DNA of 64,000 nt from Haplodiscus bocki. Lineage: Eukaryota. Position numbers and translations under genes: made by a program. Position 1 is the stretch's first letter, and each line of letters opens with the position of its first letter. The stretch spans positions 40,982,001 through 41,046,000 of the forward strand of contig OZ296654.1 in the NCBI GenBank assembly GCA_965655095.1, read 5' to 3'. Shown one piece after another: positions 1 through 12,801 of the stretch. Below the pieces are notes generated by a model that made no database searches, was not told the origin of the DNA, and saw nothing but the letters and a program-made list of their open reading frames with translations.

Positions 1-1187
1 TTGATGATTTGCAGCTAAAACAAATTTTCGGGCGGAAAAGTCTTTGAATATTTCCAGGATAATGATGATTTGAGGCTAAGACAATTTTGCAGGCGAAAAA
101 GTCTTTGAGTGATTCTAGGATATTGTTTAATTGCAGCTAAGACAACTTTGCAGGCGGAAAAGTCTTTGAATATTTCCAGGATATTGTTGATTTGCGGCTA
201 AGACAATTCTGCAGGCGAAAAAGTCTTTGAATATTTCCAGGATATTGTTGATTTGCAGCTAAGTCAACTTTGCAGGCGGAAAAGTCTTTGAATATTTTCA
301 GGATATTGATGATTTGCAGCTAAGACAAATTTGCGGGCGGAAAAGTCTTTGAATATTTCCAGGATATTGTTGATTTGAGGCTAAGACAATTTTGCAGGCG
401 AAAAAGTCTTTGAATGTTTCTAGGATATTGTTTAATTGCAGCTAAGACAACTTTGCAGGCGGAAAAGTCTTTGAATATTTCCAGGATGTTGATGATTTGC
501 GGCTAAGTCAATTTTGCAGGCGAAAAGTCTTTGTATATTTCCAGGATATTGTTGATTTGCGTCTAAGACAATTTTGCAGGCGAAAAAGTCTTTGAATATT
601 TCCAGGATATTGATGATTTGCGGCTAAGTCAATTTTGCAGGCGAAAAAGTCTTCGAATATTTTCAGGATAATGATGATTTGCAGCTAAGACAACTTTGCG
701 GGCGGAAAAGTCTTTGAATATTTCCAGGATTTTGATGATTTGAGGCTAAGACAATTTTGCAGGCGAAAAAGTCTTTGAATGTTTCTAGGATATTGTTGAT
801 TTGCAGCTAAGATATTTTTGCAGGGGGAAAAGTCTTTGAATATTTCCAGGATATTGATGATTTGCAGCTAAGACAACTTTGCGGGCGGAAAAGTCTCTGA
901 ATATTTCCAGGATATTGATGATTTGAGGCTAAGACAATTTTGCAGGCGAAAAAGTCTTTGAATGTTTCTAGGATATTGTTGATTTGCAGCTAAGACAACT
1001 TTGCAGGCGGAAAAGCCTTTGAATATTTCCAGGATATTGATGATTTGCGGCTAAGTCAATTTTGCAGGCGAAAAAGTCTTTGTATATTTCCAGGATATTG
1101 TTGATTTGCGGCTAAGACATTTTTGCAGGCGAAAAAGTCTTTGAATATTTCCAGGATGTTGATGATTTGAGGCTAAGACAATTTTGG
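1..1187. repeat. 61-bp tandem satellite/minisatellite, ~19.5 copies, open at the window start
   Basis: Unit consensus ttgWtgatttgMRgctaagacaaYtttgcRggcgRaaaagtctttgaatatttccaggata starts at 1, 62, 123, 184 ... 1098, with a partial unit at 1159. One unit (489-548) is 60 bp. The period is not a multiple of 3 and there is no ORF. Confidence 0.98.
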
Positions 1188-1620
1188 AATTGTCTCAGAA
1201 TAATCCCGTCCACGGAAAGACGGAAGAGAATTCAGCTAAATTTTAGCTGAACAAGAAGGGAGAGAAAGCATGGAAAAGGAGTTAAATAAAGGGAAATAAG
1301 TCTGGCCGCCGTCCAGTAAGCGAGTAAGTAATAAGTGATCAAGCCGCTTTCCCGTACCGGCTACGAAATGAAGTTTTGACGGCACCTTCGTGACTTGTCG
1401 TTGAACCAATAGCGTTGTTGAGCCACAATGGAATTTTACTTCGTGACTAGTCGTTGCGCCAATAACGTTGAACCACATTTCAACGCTTTAGAAATTTTGC
1501 TTTTTCCTTCCTTTTGTGCAATTCCAATCCTTCAGATTTCGTTTATACTGCACGCCATTTTATTACCAGCAGCAACTCCCAGGTTAATCAATACTGTCAG
1601 CAGTTCTCTTGTTAAGTAAT

Positions 1621-1732
1621 AGTTACTATATTGTTTGTTCATGAACGAGGAAATTCTGGCACGCTTCGAGCGCCGTAGCCGCAAGACGCGTGAACAGAAT
1701 TTCCACGTTCATGAACAAACAATATAGTAACT
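1621..1732. repeat. Long inverted repeat / ~112-nt hairpin
   Basis: Left arm AGTTACTATATTGTTTGTTCATGAACGaGGAAATTCTG..CACGC (1621-1664) pairs with right arm 1688-1732: 27 bp perfect, 1 mismatch, then 10 bp perfect. Confidence 0.9.
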
Positions 1733-3550
1733 GTTTTAGTCAACGTGAAATCATTCTTGACGATCACTTCTCTTCTCCATTCCGGCACGCTATTAAGGTG
1801 CAAGTGTGCCGGAATAGCGCGTGAACAAATTTTTCCCTTCACGAGTTAAGGTGATTCTTCATTTCTTGTATAGCTCGTTCAGGCATACCAGTTGACTAAA
1901 CATTATTCATTTCCTGTTTAATAGCTTACTGCACGTATTTAAGAAATATAATATATCTGTTTAAGCGTTAGCTATAACGCGACAAAATGTTGTACAAGAT
2001 TCATCTAAAAGCATTCAGAAAGTTCTTGGTAACAAAAAAAATCATTAAAAAATTGTGTCACGTCGACGAGTGTATGTGCACGAGCTTGCACTAGTAGATA
2101 AAACAACGAATATCTATACTCAGGGACCGCAGCTAGGTTGCAGTCTGGACTTTTTTATGTGCAGTCGAGATGCAAAATTCCTTACGATCTGGGGCATTTT
2201 TACTACACCATTTCCCCATTTGGGAAGTGTACCTTCCCATGTACTGAAGATTTTCAGAAACTTGGAATTCTTGACAATTGTTGGCAATCGTTTTTTGCTG
2301 TTTAAGTTTTTCAAGTCAATCATACAAAAACCTTCGGAGAAGTAATGCTTTTTATTAATGCTTTTGGCAAATGAATTCAAAAATCGACAGTCTTTGAAAT
2401 TAATGGAGAAGAAGTTTGGTGGCAAGATTGAATCATTAATGAAAAATCGTTCCATTTTCTTTGTGCTTTCTGTGCGTTGTTGATCGTTAGCAAACGTGCT
2501 CTGGTACTTAATCGAATTTTTAAAATTCTTTCCGCGCTTTTGATTGATTATCGATCCGACAGGTGCTGCTAGACTGACAGCTGTTCATTCTATCACCAGC
2601 TTTTCTGAAACATAAAATTGAAAAAGACGATGGTCAAGGTTCAGGGATCCCGGAATTAAAATCAAGTAAACATCAACAGTCCTTCGAATGTGAAACAATA
2701 TGAGGAAGTACTTTTCAGTCATATCAAGGTATCGACTTTTTTGTGAATTTCTTCTGCTTTTATGAATGTCCAAACAAAAAAACGATAAAGATGAGTTGTA
2801 ATATCCTACGGTGAATGAAACTTGTTGATGAAACATTGGTGATTCAGATATAACAGGTTTGTTAACTTAATTCCCAACACTTTTTTTTGAAAAATCAGGA
2901 CATCATGCGGAGAAATGGCGGCCTTTTGAAGACCAAAACCTTCAAAAAAATCAAGACATAGAGTTCCGTCTGAAGAGCGTGGCAATGCTAATAGAAAATG
3001 AAAGCGAAACTCACGGTTCGTGTCTTTCATTCCGGCTGAAACGAAACATACTTACAAATTTCATTCCGAACACTTGGTAAACTTTACCACCAAATTTTCT
3101 TTGTAATATTTCAAGAATCTTCCAAGGTACTTGGGAATTGAAATTCTCAAACTGTCCAAGCAAGTTCTCAAAAAATAAGGGAAAACGGATGAAGAGAAAA
3201 TTGAAATAAAATGATGCGAAATTGATGAAGAGGAGGGAAAAATGGTGGATTTTTGGATTTATTGGGCAATATATTGACAGCATTTGTCAGAACTTCTTTT
3301 CCCAATTGTTTTGTCAACTACTTCACTTCAGTAAAGTAATTCTCACTATTCCTTACCTCTCCACAAATGCAAGAAAGGAAACCAAACTTTTGTCTAAACT
3401 CTGACGAAATTTAGAAGCAATGATGTGTATATGCGATGTAAAATTAGGTAATACTAATTTTAAGCCTCCAACATTTCAATTCAGTTTTTTGTGTGAAATT
3501 GTTTTGGGATCAAAAATTCGCTCAGAAATTGTTAGAATGTCCCATTTTTA

Positions 3551-3887
3551 CCTGATGAGAAACATCTCTTGCATATGAAAATTTTCATAATAGAAAATCT
3601 GTGACGTGAATAAATTATCTCGATAAACAAACTTTGATTGCATGTAATATTTGGAAGTCTGCATGGAAAACATTCCATGCTACATGGAAAATTTTGCAAA
3701 ATTTTAAATACGTCTGCTGCAATGAGATTTTGTACGCTGCATGGAAGAATTTCAAATCTTGTAAAAGTTCCCTGCAGTAGTCAAAATTTCATGCATATAA
3801 ATTTTTATATGCACCATGTGAAAACTTGCAAAAAAATGTCACGCAACTTACAAAACATATAAAACTTCTATGCAACTTCAACTAGGG
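3551..3887. mobile_element. Degenerate MITE-like element rich in TGCA(TG) submotifs
   Basis: Begins CCTGATG and ends CTAGGG, with many internal tgcatg/tgcaa motifs. Same CC...GG architecture as the MITEs at 46630 and 50065, but the TIRs are poorly preserved. Confidence 0.35.
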
Positions 3888-6651
3888 TCAGTGTGGTGTG
3901 GAAAATCCAATTTACTGATAAAGAAAAAAAACTATTCGGGAAGAAAACTGTTTTTTTTTTCACACAGTTGCAGTTACATTAACGCTCTTTTCAACACTTA
4001 TGCAGCTAGTTTCATTAGAGCAAGAATTGTTTCTATCCAAACTGAAATACGTTTTTATTGGTAGAGAACCGTTGTTCTGAGTTGCAAAACTATCTCATAC
4101 GCACTTTTCATCTTTGCTGAAAATCATTGTGAAGTCGATGAGTGTTTTTTTGGCAAATTCGAAACAATGTCAATGCCTCCTGTTATCAAACCAGAGAAGT
4201 GCCCATGACAGCAATTTAGCATTTGACGTGACCTCCTATAGAATGCTTGGTTCAAATACATTTATTTATTCTTTATTAAAAATTCAAAAACTCATGAGGG
4301 ACTCACCGTTAGAAGCAGCTTGGCTCGGTTAGTGACTGGATTATTTTCATGATCTATATGGTAACATTTGCTATCGATGTACCCTTCATTGGCTTCCAAA
4401 AGGTTCCAGAACTTGATGGTCCTACTGCACAAGTGATCTAAATCACCAAAATAGGCTGATTTAGAGTTTTGGACCAATTACTAATTTAAGGTTAACTGAT
4501 AAAAATGTCATTTCAGTTTGTTTAATTGCATTGGAACCTCTCGGATCATGAAAATGGATTCAAAACTCTGATTGACTCCTGAGTAATTGGTTTTTGCGGA
4601 CCAACAATACAACTGTTGGTACCATATCTATAATCGAGAAAATTGCGAAAAGAACTCGGGATGAGCGTAAGTTGACAAAAATTGATTTTCATTGATTCTC
4701 CATCAATTATAATCAATGCAATTTACATATGCCAAACCGCCAAACAGAATAGGGCTTTATCTCATGTCTATTACGTTCTTTCTTGAACATTTACTTGTGG
4801 CTCTACTGTCAACAAATACATATCGTCTATTTCCCATCGTATGTAAATGCTGATGGAAAAGCATGTGTTACCCTTCTTTGCAAGCCCACGAGTGGAAGAA
4901 AACCCAAGTTCAGGGGGTATGAAAACCCAGAGTCCGGGAAACGAATGAACAAGAACTTTGTGCTTCTAACTAATAAACGCACAACTTCATCTTTTTGGTA
5001 AAGTGTTGGAATTTGCTCAATATTACCCTAAAATGCACCACACTTCTCATCCTCTTTTTCGAATAATCGTATTAGACTTTTCAAAAGGGAATCAATAGTG
5101 ATCGTCATCTTCTGACATTGTCTCGAGAACATGAAAGAACGAAATCAAGAAACGGCTGCAAGGTCAAACCGGTATCGGAAACTGAGGCGAATGAACTTAA
5201 AGACCAGCGTTTAAAGCCCTTAGGAGTGTATAACGAGGGGCACAATAGCAATGCGATACTTAGCGACACCAATTCCTCAATAACTTGGAAGGCGAGAAAC
5301 GCAGAAAAAAATTCGAAAAATATGACGAAAATTTTTCGAAGTTCATAGTAGAAAATAGCGAATTTAACTGGAATTGATACGAACAACATCTAATTTAAAA
5401 CTAACATATGATGCACTATGAGCCTGTTTCAACTTCTGGAGGAACATCAGGCCATGTGAACCTCAGGTGATTAAAACTGAGCGCAGAAATGAGCGGTGCT
5501 CGATTTTGGTTCCCAATAGAGATTTATGAGAGCGTCAGTAAAATTTCGTTCGATTGAAAAGAATCTTGTTACTAGTTGTAGGGAATGGTAGTTAAATGAT
5601 GAGTCGGATGTTTTGTCAGAGTCAGAACTATCTTCGTCCGATAATCAGTTGTTTTTGGTTTCTATCAGCGGATAAGTAGCCATCAGCTTCGCAAAGATAA
5701 TGAACCCTCAAAAAATCAATGAAATCTGCTTGTATTCTGTATTGGAAGAGCGTTCGTTAGAAACAGAGACGAGAGATTGTACAGCAAAGTTGACATGGAA
5801 CTGAAATCGGAAGAAATTATATATATCGAATTGAAATTTTTGGAAAATCACCCATTGGCTGAGCATACATATTATTTTCATCTTTGCGTTTTACGGTAGC
5901 AGAACTAGGAACTAGATGAAATTCTGAAGACAATCTCACTGAAACAAAATAGGCCAAGGCAACTTTTTTTCACATCTGTTTTCCAAAGCTAGCAATGAAT
6001 TCAATCGCAACGACTCATAAACACATAAAAAGAAATCACTAATAGTGAGTTCCGCAAGAAAATCTAAGATCAAATTCACACTCGCGTGTCAAGATATATC
6101 GTTTGATCAAAACAATCGCTACGTTGAATGTAAATTTTTCCGCATCGAAAAATTATCGACGTTTTTTTACTCATCAAGGAGTTTAAATGAAGTCCAAAAT
6201 CAAACTACTTTGTGATTTTTTTCAAAAGAAGTAACAGCATTCGACACTAGTCGATATATGGTTGTCAAGAGGTAACAGGGCTAACAGAAACTTCGGACAA
6301 AAGCATTTTTTCCTGAAATCTCTGTCGAATTGAGCGGGAAGCAGCAAAAACCTATTACAAATCTAAATCTAAAATGTTGTAGCCCAAGGAAAATACGAAT
6401 CAGCAAAGGCAGCTCACGAAGTTGACAAACGAATCTCTCTCGTCTGTTACTGCATGAATCCAGTATCTTGTAAGTAGGATAGTGAATTGTATATCTGAGA
6501 AAAGAAAAACTTCCCGTCTCTCCAATTGTGAACAAATTAACATTCAAAAAATGAAAGCAAGTCGGGTTAAGAAACTCTCGCTAAAATCCACTTAAAATCG
6601 AGTTAGAACTCTATTTCTTTCAAATTAATTTAACATAACAACGATTCCTAA

Positions 6652-7257
6652 AAAATTTTCATGTTTTCTCCATCCCTTCACCAAGAAAAAAAACTAAATG
6701 CTTTGAAACATTCCTCTCAATAAACATATTTCAAAACAATTTTAATGAAAACTTTGCTCTTGAGGATTTAAATTCGGTAAATATTACTTGAGTCCATGAA
6801 GATATGATTGATAAATCTGAAAGACAATTTGGAAGAAACCCAGAAGTTGAAGAATAAAGTTTTCCTCAGAAATTTGAATCTGAGGTTATAATGCTGAATG
6901 ACCTAAAGAAAGAATAAACGAATGACCCAAGAGTCAAGAAATTGTTAGACGTTCACGGCAATGTAATTCATCAAATTTTACCTTCAGCCGATACTATTTC
7001 GAGGTACCAAAAGGAATCATAAAAGCAAATGCTGATGATGTTCACAGGTATAAACCAAAAACCACAAGATACTTTCAGAATTTGTATCAGGATGAAAAAA
7101 TAAGGATATGACTGGTGAAATGTTTAGGATTTTATGCTCCTTCAGTGGAGAGAAGAGATACATCGAGGGTTTTCTTTTGACTAAAGTCGAATTTAATGGT
7201 GCTTATCGTTTAAGCCTCAGCAGTATTTTCATAGATGACAAGGACCCGTTCAACTAA
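6652..7257 (+). pseudogene. Decayed Maverick/Polinton-type (A32-like) DNA-packaging ATPase
   Basis: Translation across three frameshifts and several stops reads KIFMFSPSLHQE...KCFETF...FPQKFESEVIMLNDLKKE*TNDPRVKKL/RRSRQCNSSNFTFSRYYFEVPKGIIKANADDVHRYKP...FQNLYQDE/DMTGEMFRILCS...GAYRLSLSSIFIDDKDPFN* (stop 7255-7257). This gives a Walker-B-like hhhhD segment, an RSR(H) arginine motif and an I(R/K)AN motif in the order seen in A32-like packaging ATPases. Walker A is no longer recognisable. Confidence 0.7.
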
Positions 7258-7371
7258 TTAGGTTTTGATTAAACGGAATCATACTTTTTGCGGACTAATC
7301 AATTTTGATTTCCATTCGTCTGATTCACTTTTTCAATCAAAGTTTAGGTTTTCAGTTATTCTGTTTTTTAA

Positions 7372-7990
7372 TTGGCGCTACATACACCCATTTACTTAAA
7401 CGACTTAGAAAATGTAAAAACAAATAGTTTTCCAACGAAACGACTTGAGAAAATCACATTCAGCAGTAAAAATCTGCAGAAAACACAAAACTACAATTTA
7501 ACAGAACAATATGCAACTATTGTTACTGCCCGTGATGAGATGCAACAAAAAATCTGATTTCTTCCTGGAATCTCAGAAAGATTGAACAGAGTCAAAAAAA
7601 GATCTACTTCATGCTCCTAAATTAGCTCAACTGTATCCCCTGCTCCTATTTTCTAAAGACAAATTGCAAAACTCAGTTTCGAGATTTGCAGATTTTCATC
7701 TTCACAAGTTAGTTAGTTTACAAATCATTAAGAAACTCACTGATCAACTTTTCAAAGATATAGGCCTGTTTGGAATACCGATTTGAATTTCAAATACAAA
7801 GTTAGAATCGAAACTCTAGATTAAATGACAAGCTTCTCACTCAAAAAAAATTTCTTAGGCCTCATATTGACAGCAAATACGATTTCAGAACTCTTGAGGA
7901 GTCGGAACAATGATCAATTATTCAGATATGTTCTAAAGGTAAACTACCTGGTGATAGGAAAAACTGTTTTTTTTCCTCGTAAAACGTTAA
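7372..7990 (+). pseudogene. Decayed ORF directly downstream of the ATPase relic, probably part of the same Maverick-like element
   Basis: Co-oriented fragments (7372-7557 NDLENVKT..SKNLQKTQNYNLTEQYATIVTARDEMQQK, and 7825 onward) begin ~115 bp after the ATPase stop with virus-like gene spacing. Identity not established. Confidence 0.35.
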
Positions 7991-8275
7991 CGCTAAGCAC
8001 GGTATTTGTCACAAAGATAACGCTATTCGCCGGTTCACCGGTGAACAGTCGAAAGGCGATGAAGTTACTGTTGCATTTTATCTTCAGCCCGTCATTTAAT
8101 AAAAGAAATTTAAGAGAACCGTATTTCTCATGGAATAGCGCAAACTCACAGAGCTTATCAAGAAGATTCTATTATTGTGCAAAGAAGCTTCAATGCGTAA
8201 TGGGGGTGCGAAAAAATACACCAAAGGTAAACTCTTCAGTTTTCATTCTACGTTTCCAATGCAACTAAAGCGAGG

Positions 8276-8475
8276 NNNNNNNNNNNNNNNNNNNNNNNNN
8301 NNNNNNNNNNNNNNNNNNNNNNNNNNNNNNNNNNNNNNNNNNNNNNNNNNNNNNNNNNNNNNNNNNNNNNNNNNNNNNNNNNNNNNNNNNNNNNNNNNNN
8401 NNNNNNNNNNNNNNNNNNNNNNNNNNNNNNNNNNNNNNNNNNNNNNNNNNNNNNNNNNNNNNNNNNNNNNNNNNN
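8276..8475. other. Assembly gap (200 N)
   Basis: Exactly 200 Ns, probably a fixed-length scaffolding gap. ORFs spanning it are artefacts and adjacency across it is uncertain. Confidence 0.99.
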
Positions 8476-11400
8476 GAATTAAAAATGATGACCACAATCA
8501 AAATTATGGAAAACATTATGGATTATATGAAAATCTTTGTGACCAAATTTCTGAAGCAAACAAGATATTCGGCTGATTTCTTTGGAATACCTTGGAATAC
8601 CAAAAAAAAAACAAAAGTAACAACAAACAAGAATGAATCTTCCCTTACTAACGGGTAATTGCATTTGCTTGATAACTATTTTAATTATTTTCGACAAAAA
8701 ATTATACACTTAATTGTTTTAAAACACATTTGGCATCAAGTATATGCATAAACAGATGAAAATTTCCGAAACATTCCTAGCCATGTTGCATATCGACGAA
8801 AAGCAAATGAGCACCAAATGCCACTTTACGAATTTTTTCGGCAGTATGGGACCATTTTTCCCACTGATATAATCCGACGGTAGCGACCGAAGAAGTCATT
8901 TCCAGCATTATGAAGCGTAATCTTAGACACTTCGTCCCAACCATACAACAACTACAAAACGACTACAACAAACTATTCAGTGGATTCGTTTTGAATTTAT
9001 AAAACAATGGTAAGTTAGTTTATCTATGTTGTGTTGTGGTCATCACTGTGAATTGTCTGTGTCTGTTACTATTCTGGGAGGCGATAAGTGTGTCACAGCA
9101 CCAATAATACCCCCATCTCCTGTTGACGTAGCACCTGTTGAATTCATGACGTCATTTGGCTGCGACTGGTGATTAATAATACCGCTCCTACGAGCCCAAA
9201 ACACAGTTAGGTATATTTTGAGCTCCCAAAACAGCTGGAATTGGTTAACAATACTTCTGAAATATTTTAAGTTCACCACGTTTCACTTGTAGATAATTAA
9301 AACTCAGCAGACCTGTTCAGTCTATGAAAGTATACAATGAAACGTTCAGATTCAGATCAGGATAACAGTCCAGGGCTGATCACGTGACCCAAATGATGAA
9401 TCCAAATCACCTTAATGTGCACATGAAGTAGAGAAGAAGAAAAATAATTCTCTTGTCTCGCAATTATCATTGATGCATTTTCCATAAGGCTCAACTTTCA
9501 AAATTAGTAGCTACAAATATTTCAAGCAAAAAAATCTTATTGGGGTTTTTTTGACAGACAGGTCAATATTTCACACGAAATTATCTTCTGCTTGATTTCG
9601 AATTTTTGTGACCATGATTTGAAGTTTTTGGCAGAAGTCTAAATTTCTTGCTTCGAACATATTTTTGCAAGTGCCTTTTTGTAGCCCTGAACCTTCTCAA
9701 ACTTCATCAATATTTCGAGATATGGATTGATTGCTCAGTGGTGCTTGAACAAAAACTCAGATTTCCCACAGTAGACGAAAATGTTTCTTGAGTCACGTAT
9801 TGCTGCTCATGCCGAAGGCAAGTAAACGATTATCAGCAAGTCGGCCATGACAATTCGATCCAAGAACTCCAACTTCTGAATAATGTAAGCTTTTCGTTCA
9901 AGATGGAGAAGAAGCTTGAGTCCTGCTGAGTATACAAGGACCCCTACGCTTCGCCAATTTTGAAATAATTGCAACTTATGTCCGTATTCGATATCATTTC
10001 ATTTCTGATTCCAATAATTGCGTAATAACTGAGTTTCAAGAATTCTAGAAACTCTCAATAGTTAATTTAGTAAGAGTTGGCTCCGATACTTCGCATCGAG
10101 GCACAGTTTGTAGAACAATGCACAGATTAAATTTAAAACAAGGTTAAATTTGCAGATAAGATAGATAATAAGCTATGAGTCGCCAGCCTAGTTTTCGATA
10201 TATAGTTAATCTATCAACCTACTTACCAAACCTTTTAGTAACAGCCCAATTAGAGTACCTCGCCATAAAGTTTCGAAACAGAACAGTCAAAATAACCCAA
10301 TTAGGACTTATCAAAATTCAATTGCTACTTGCATGTCACAATCTTCAAGGTCGATCTTTTGAGGCTAGTTAGTGAAAGCAGCAGATAAAGTCATCGGAGC
10401 GAACTTCATGCTAAATATAAGGTCCCAAAAATACCGCTGTGATAATACGGCAGAGAAAAGCTTGCCTCATCAATCATTCGGCTATATCACAGAAGTGGCT
10501 GCATAAATCAACTGGAGCAAAAAGACATCGATATTGCCAAATCAGTTGTCAGTTTATTCGGATCAAAAAATACTTTGACGTTAGGTTGAGAGTAAGTTTT
10601 CGGTCGCCTAAAGAATCGAAACTTTCAAGAAAGTTGAGCGTCATTCGGATCTATATTAAAGTCATTCTACACCACCTCCTTCAGCGAAAATCATATGCCG
10701 ATTTCAATTACGATAGAGCAAATTTCATGAATACGCAAGCTTGAAAAAATCAAGCACATGTATCTGAAAAAATGGGGGGCAGTTGAAAGCGAACTTCCAG
10801 ATAAATACAAATCTGGCGAAAATTCTGGCGATCACATCACTCAAAAGACCACTAGACCACCCAAAACATGATGCTTCAATCAAGAATTTGATTCGGAGTT
10901 TTTTCGATCCAAGTTATAAATAAATGGAAAGAAATCAACACACAACTTAGGTAAAACAATTTTAAACTCAGCGTATGAGAAAGAACTTGCCAGTTATCAG
11001 GAATAATAAAGTAAATGGAAATAAGCTTTATATTTATTTCGTTCAGAAAAGCCTGAAACTGCAACCCGATAATTGCTTCTTTAGTGAGTTTTTCAAGGAT
11101 TTCTTTATCTTTCCAAAATAATATCTGAAAGTTTTGTTCTCAAAGATAGTCCCAATCTGAATTGTTCTCCGGTGAATATGTAGTTATAACTATGTAGTTA
11201 TAACAGTTATGTTGATTGTTTGATCTGTTTTACCTGTACCACTCATGCTCCAAGTAGTAAGTACGCGATATGGAGCAGAAAACAGGATTGAATTTGAAAA
11301 GGTAAAACCAAATACAACTTGACTTTCACGGGTCGCCTACAAGCCCATTTGCTGATATTCAGGGAGATTGCTTGAGAATACTTGTAAAATAATTGAATAT

Positions 11401-12801
11401 AGTTTGAAAGCTGTGGAAAAAGAATAAAAGTTGAATGAACAACAAGGTATAACCAAACAAGGTCGCTTGTCCTGGATTACGTAATGAATGGCATAAATGG
11501 AGAAACCAAGATATGTGTTCTGATCTATGTTTTATACGTTGCAAGTCCAACCAATCTGCCCAACTGTACGCAAACAGCACTTGCAGCGATCTCAGCTAAA
11601 CACAATTTTGTAAGTTTATTAATGAACTGAATTTTGCAGCACTAAACCCACAAAAGAATTTCAAACATAGCTCTCATTTCTCCAAATTTTTGACTGAGGA
11701 CATGACAACAACGGATACGCAAAGTATTCACAGCAGTTCTTAAAGCAAACTTACTATTGTAGCGAGAGAATTTTCAGTATTTTATGCTAATTTCAACGCC
11801 GAATCGTAGTCGTTGACGTTGAAATCGAAGAAAAGTTTGGCGGCACGCTTTTGTCGTGCAGAAAAGAATTGTTGTGGCGTCAAAAATGCATTCACAAAAA
11901 ATATTACATGATTATCAAAAACCAAGGAGTTTCGACCGAGGTCGGGAAATTTAGAAGGGAAAATATTTTTGATTGCCTTATTAATGCTTAGAGCGACAAT
12001 GAAAAGACTTGCTTCAGTTCGTTTTCAACGTTTCCTAGTTCTACTTTTAAATAATCTAGATAATAAAAACCTTGTCCGAATATTTTTTGGGTTGAATGAG
12101 TTTAGTTCTTTCATCAAGCCACTCGAGCGGTGGTTTAAGCAAATTAATTTCTGGGATAAAACAAACAAGTAATTCTAACAATAAATTTCAAGTCTAACGA
12201 CCATTGTATTGAATAAAACTAAAAGTAGCAACTGCTAAAAATAACGGTCAGTAGATCAGACCAAAACTACTGCAGATTCAATTGTCATTCGTGCAATATT
12301 CCTGGTTGATTCACTCTGACGACCAAGACGAAGTTCCACTTTTAGTCACATCACAAAAAATTAACACACACTTGTTGCTGTCACGCCTGTAAAACAGTTT
12401 TATTTAAATGATATTTATTTTCGACAACTTTTATCTTTCGCCCAATATTCTAATGGATAAGGCCCTGTCGTGCAATTATTCCCCAAACAATGCTAGTTTA
12501 GAGATTTGACTTAGTATGGTCGGCACAGTAGTTAACAAATGCTCTAGGGACGAGTTCAAACCCCCATTCTCAACATTTAAGTTTTTACGATTCGTCCGAT
12601 TTTTACACTATTTTCACCAGCGACTTCCAACCAGCGTAATTCCAATAATCAGCAAAATTATCAAAAACTATCTCTTAAATTTGATAGTTTCAATTGAGCC
12701 TTTGCATTATATAACTTTTGGGGAAAAAGATCTCAATTTACCGACTGTCCCGTCCCGACTCTTGATTCACATCATTTCTTCTTAGTAATGAAAATAAAGT
12801 G

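Noticed and set aside
1-1187. CRISPR-like appearance of the 61-bp and 137-bp arrays
   Set aside because: The units are contiguous near-identical monomers without unique spacers, there are no cas genes, and the context is eukaryotic.
8175-8576. ORFs spanning the N run (8175-8576, 8243-8497, 8265-8516)
   Set aside because: They are open only because Ns contain no stops.
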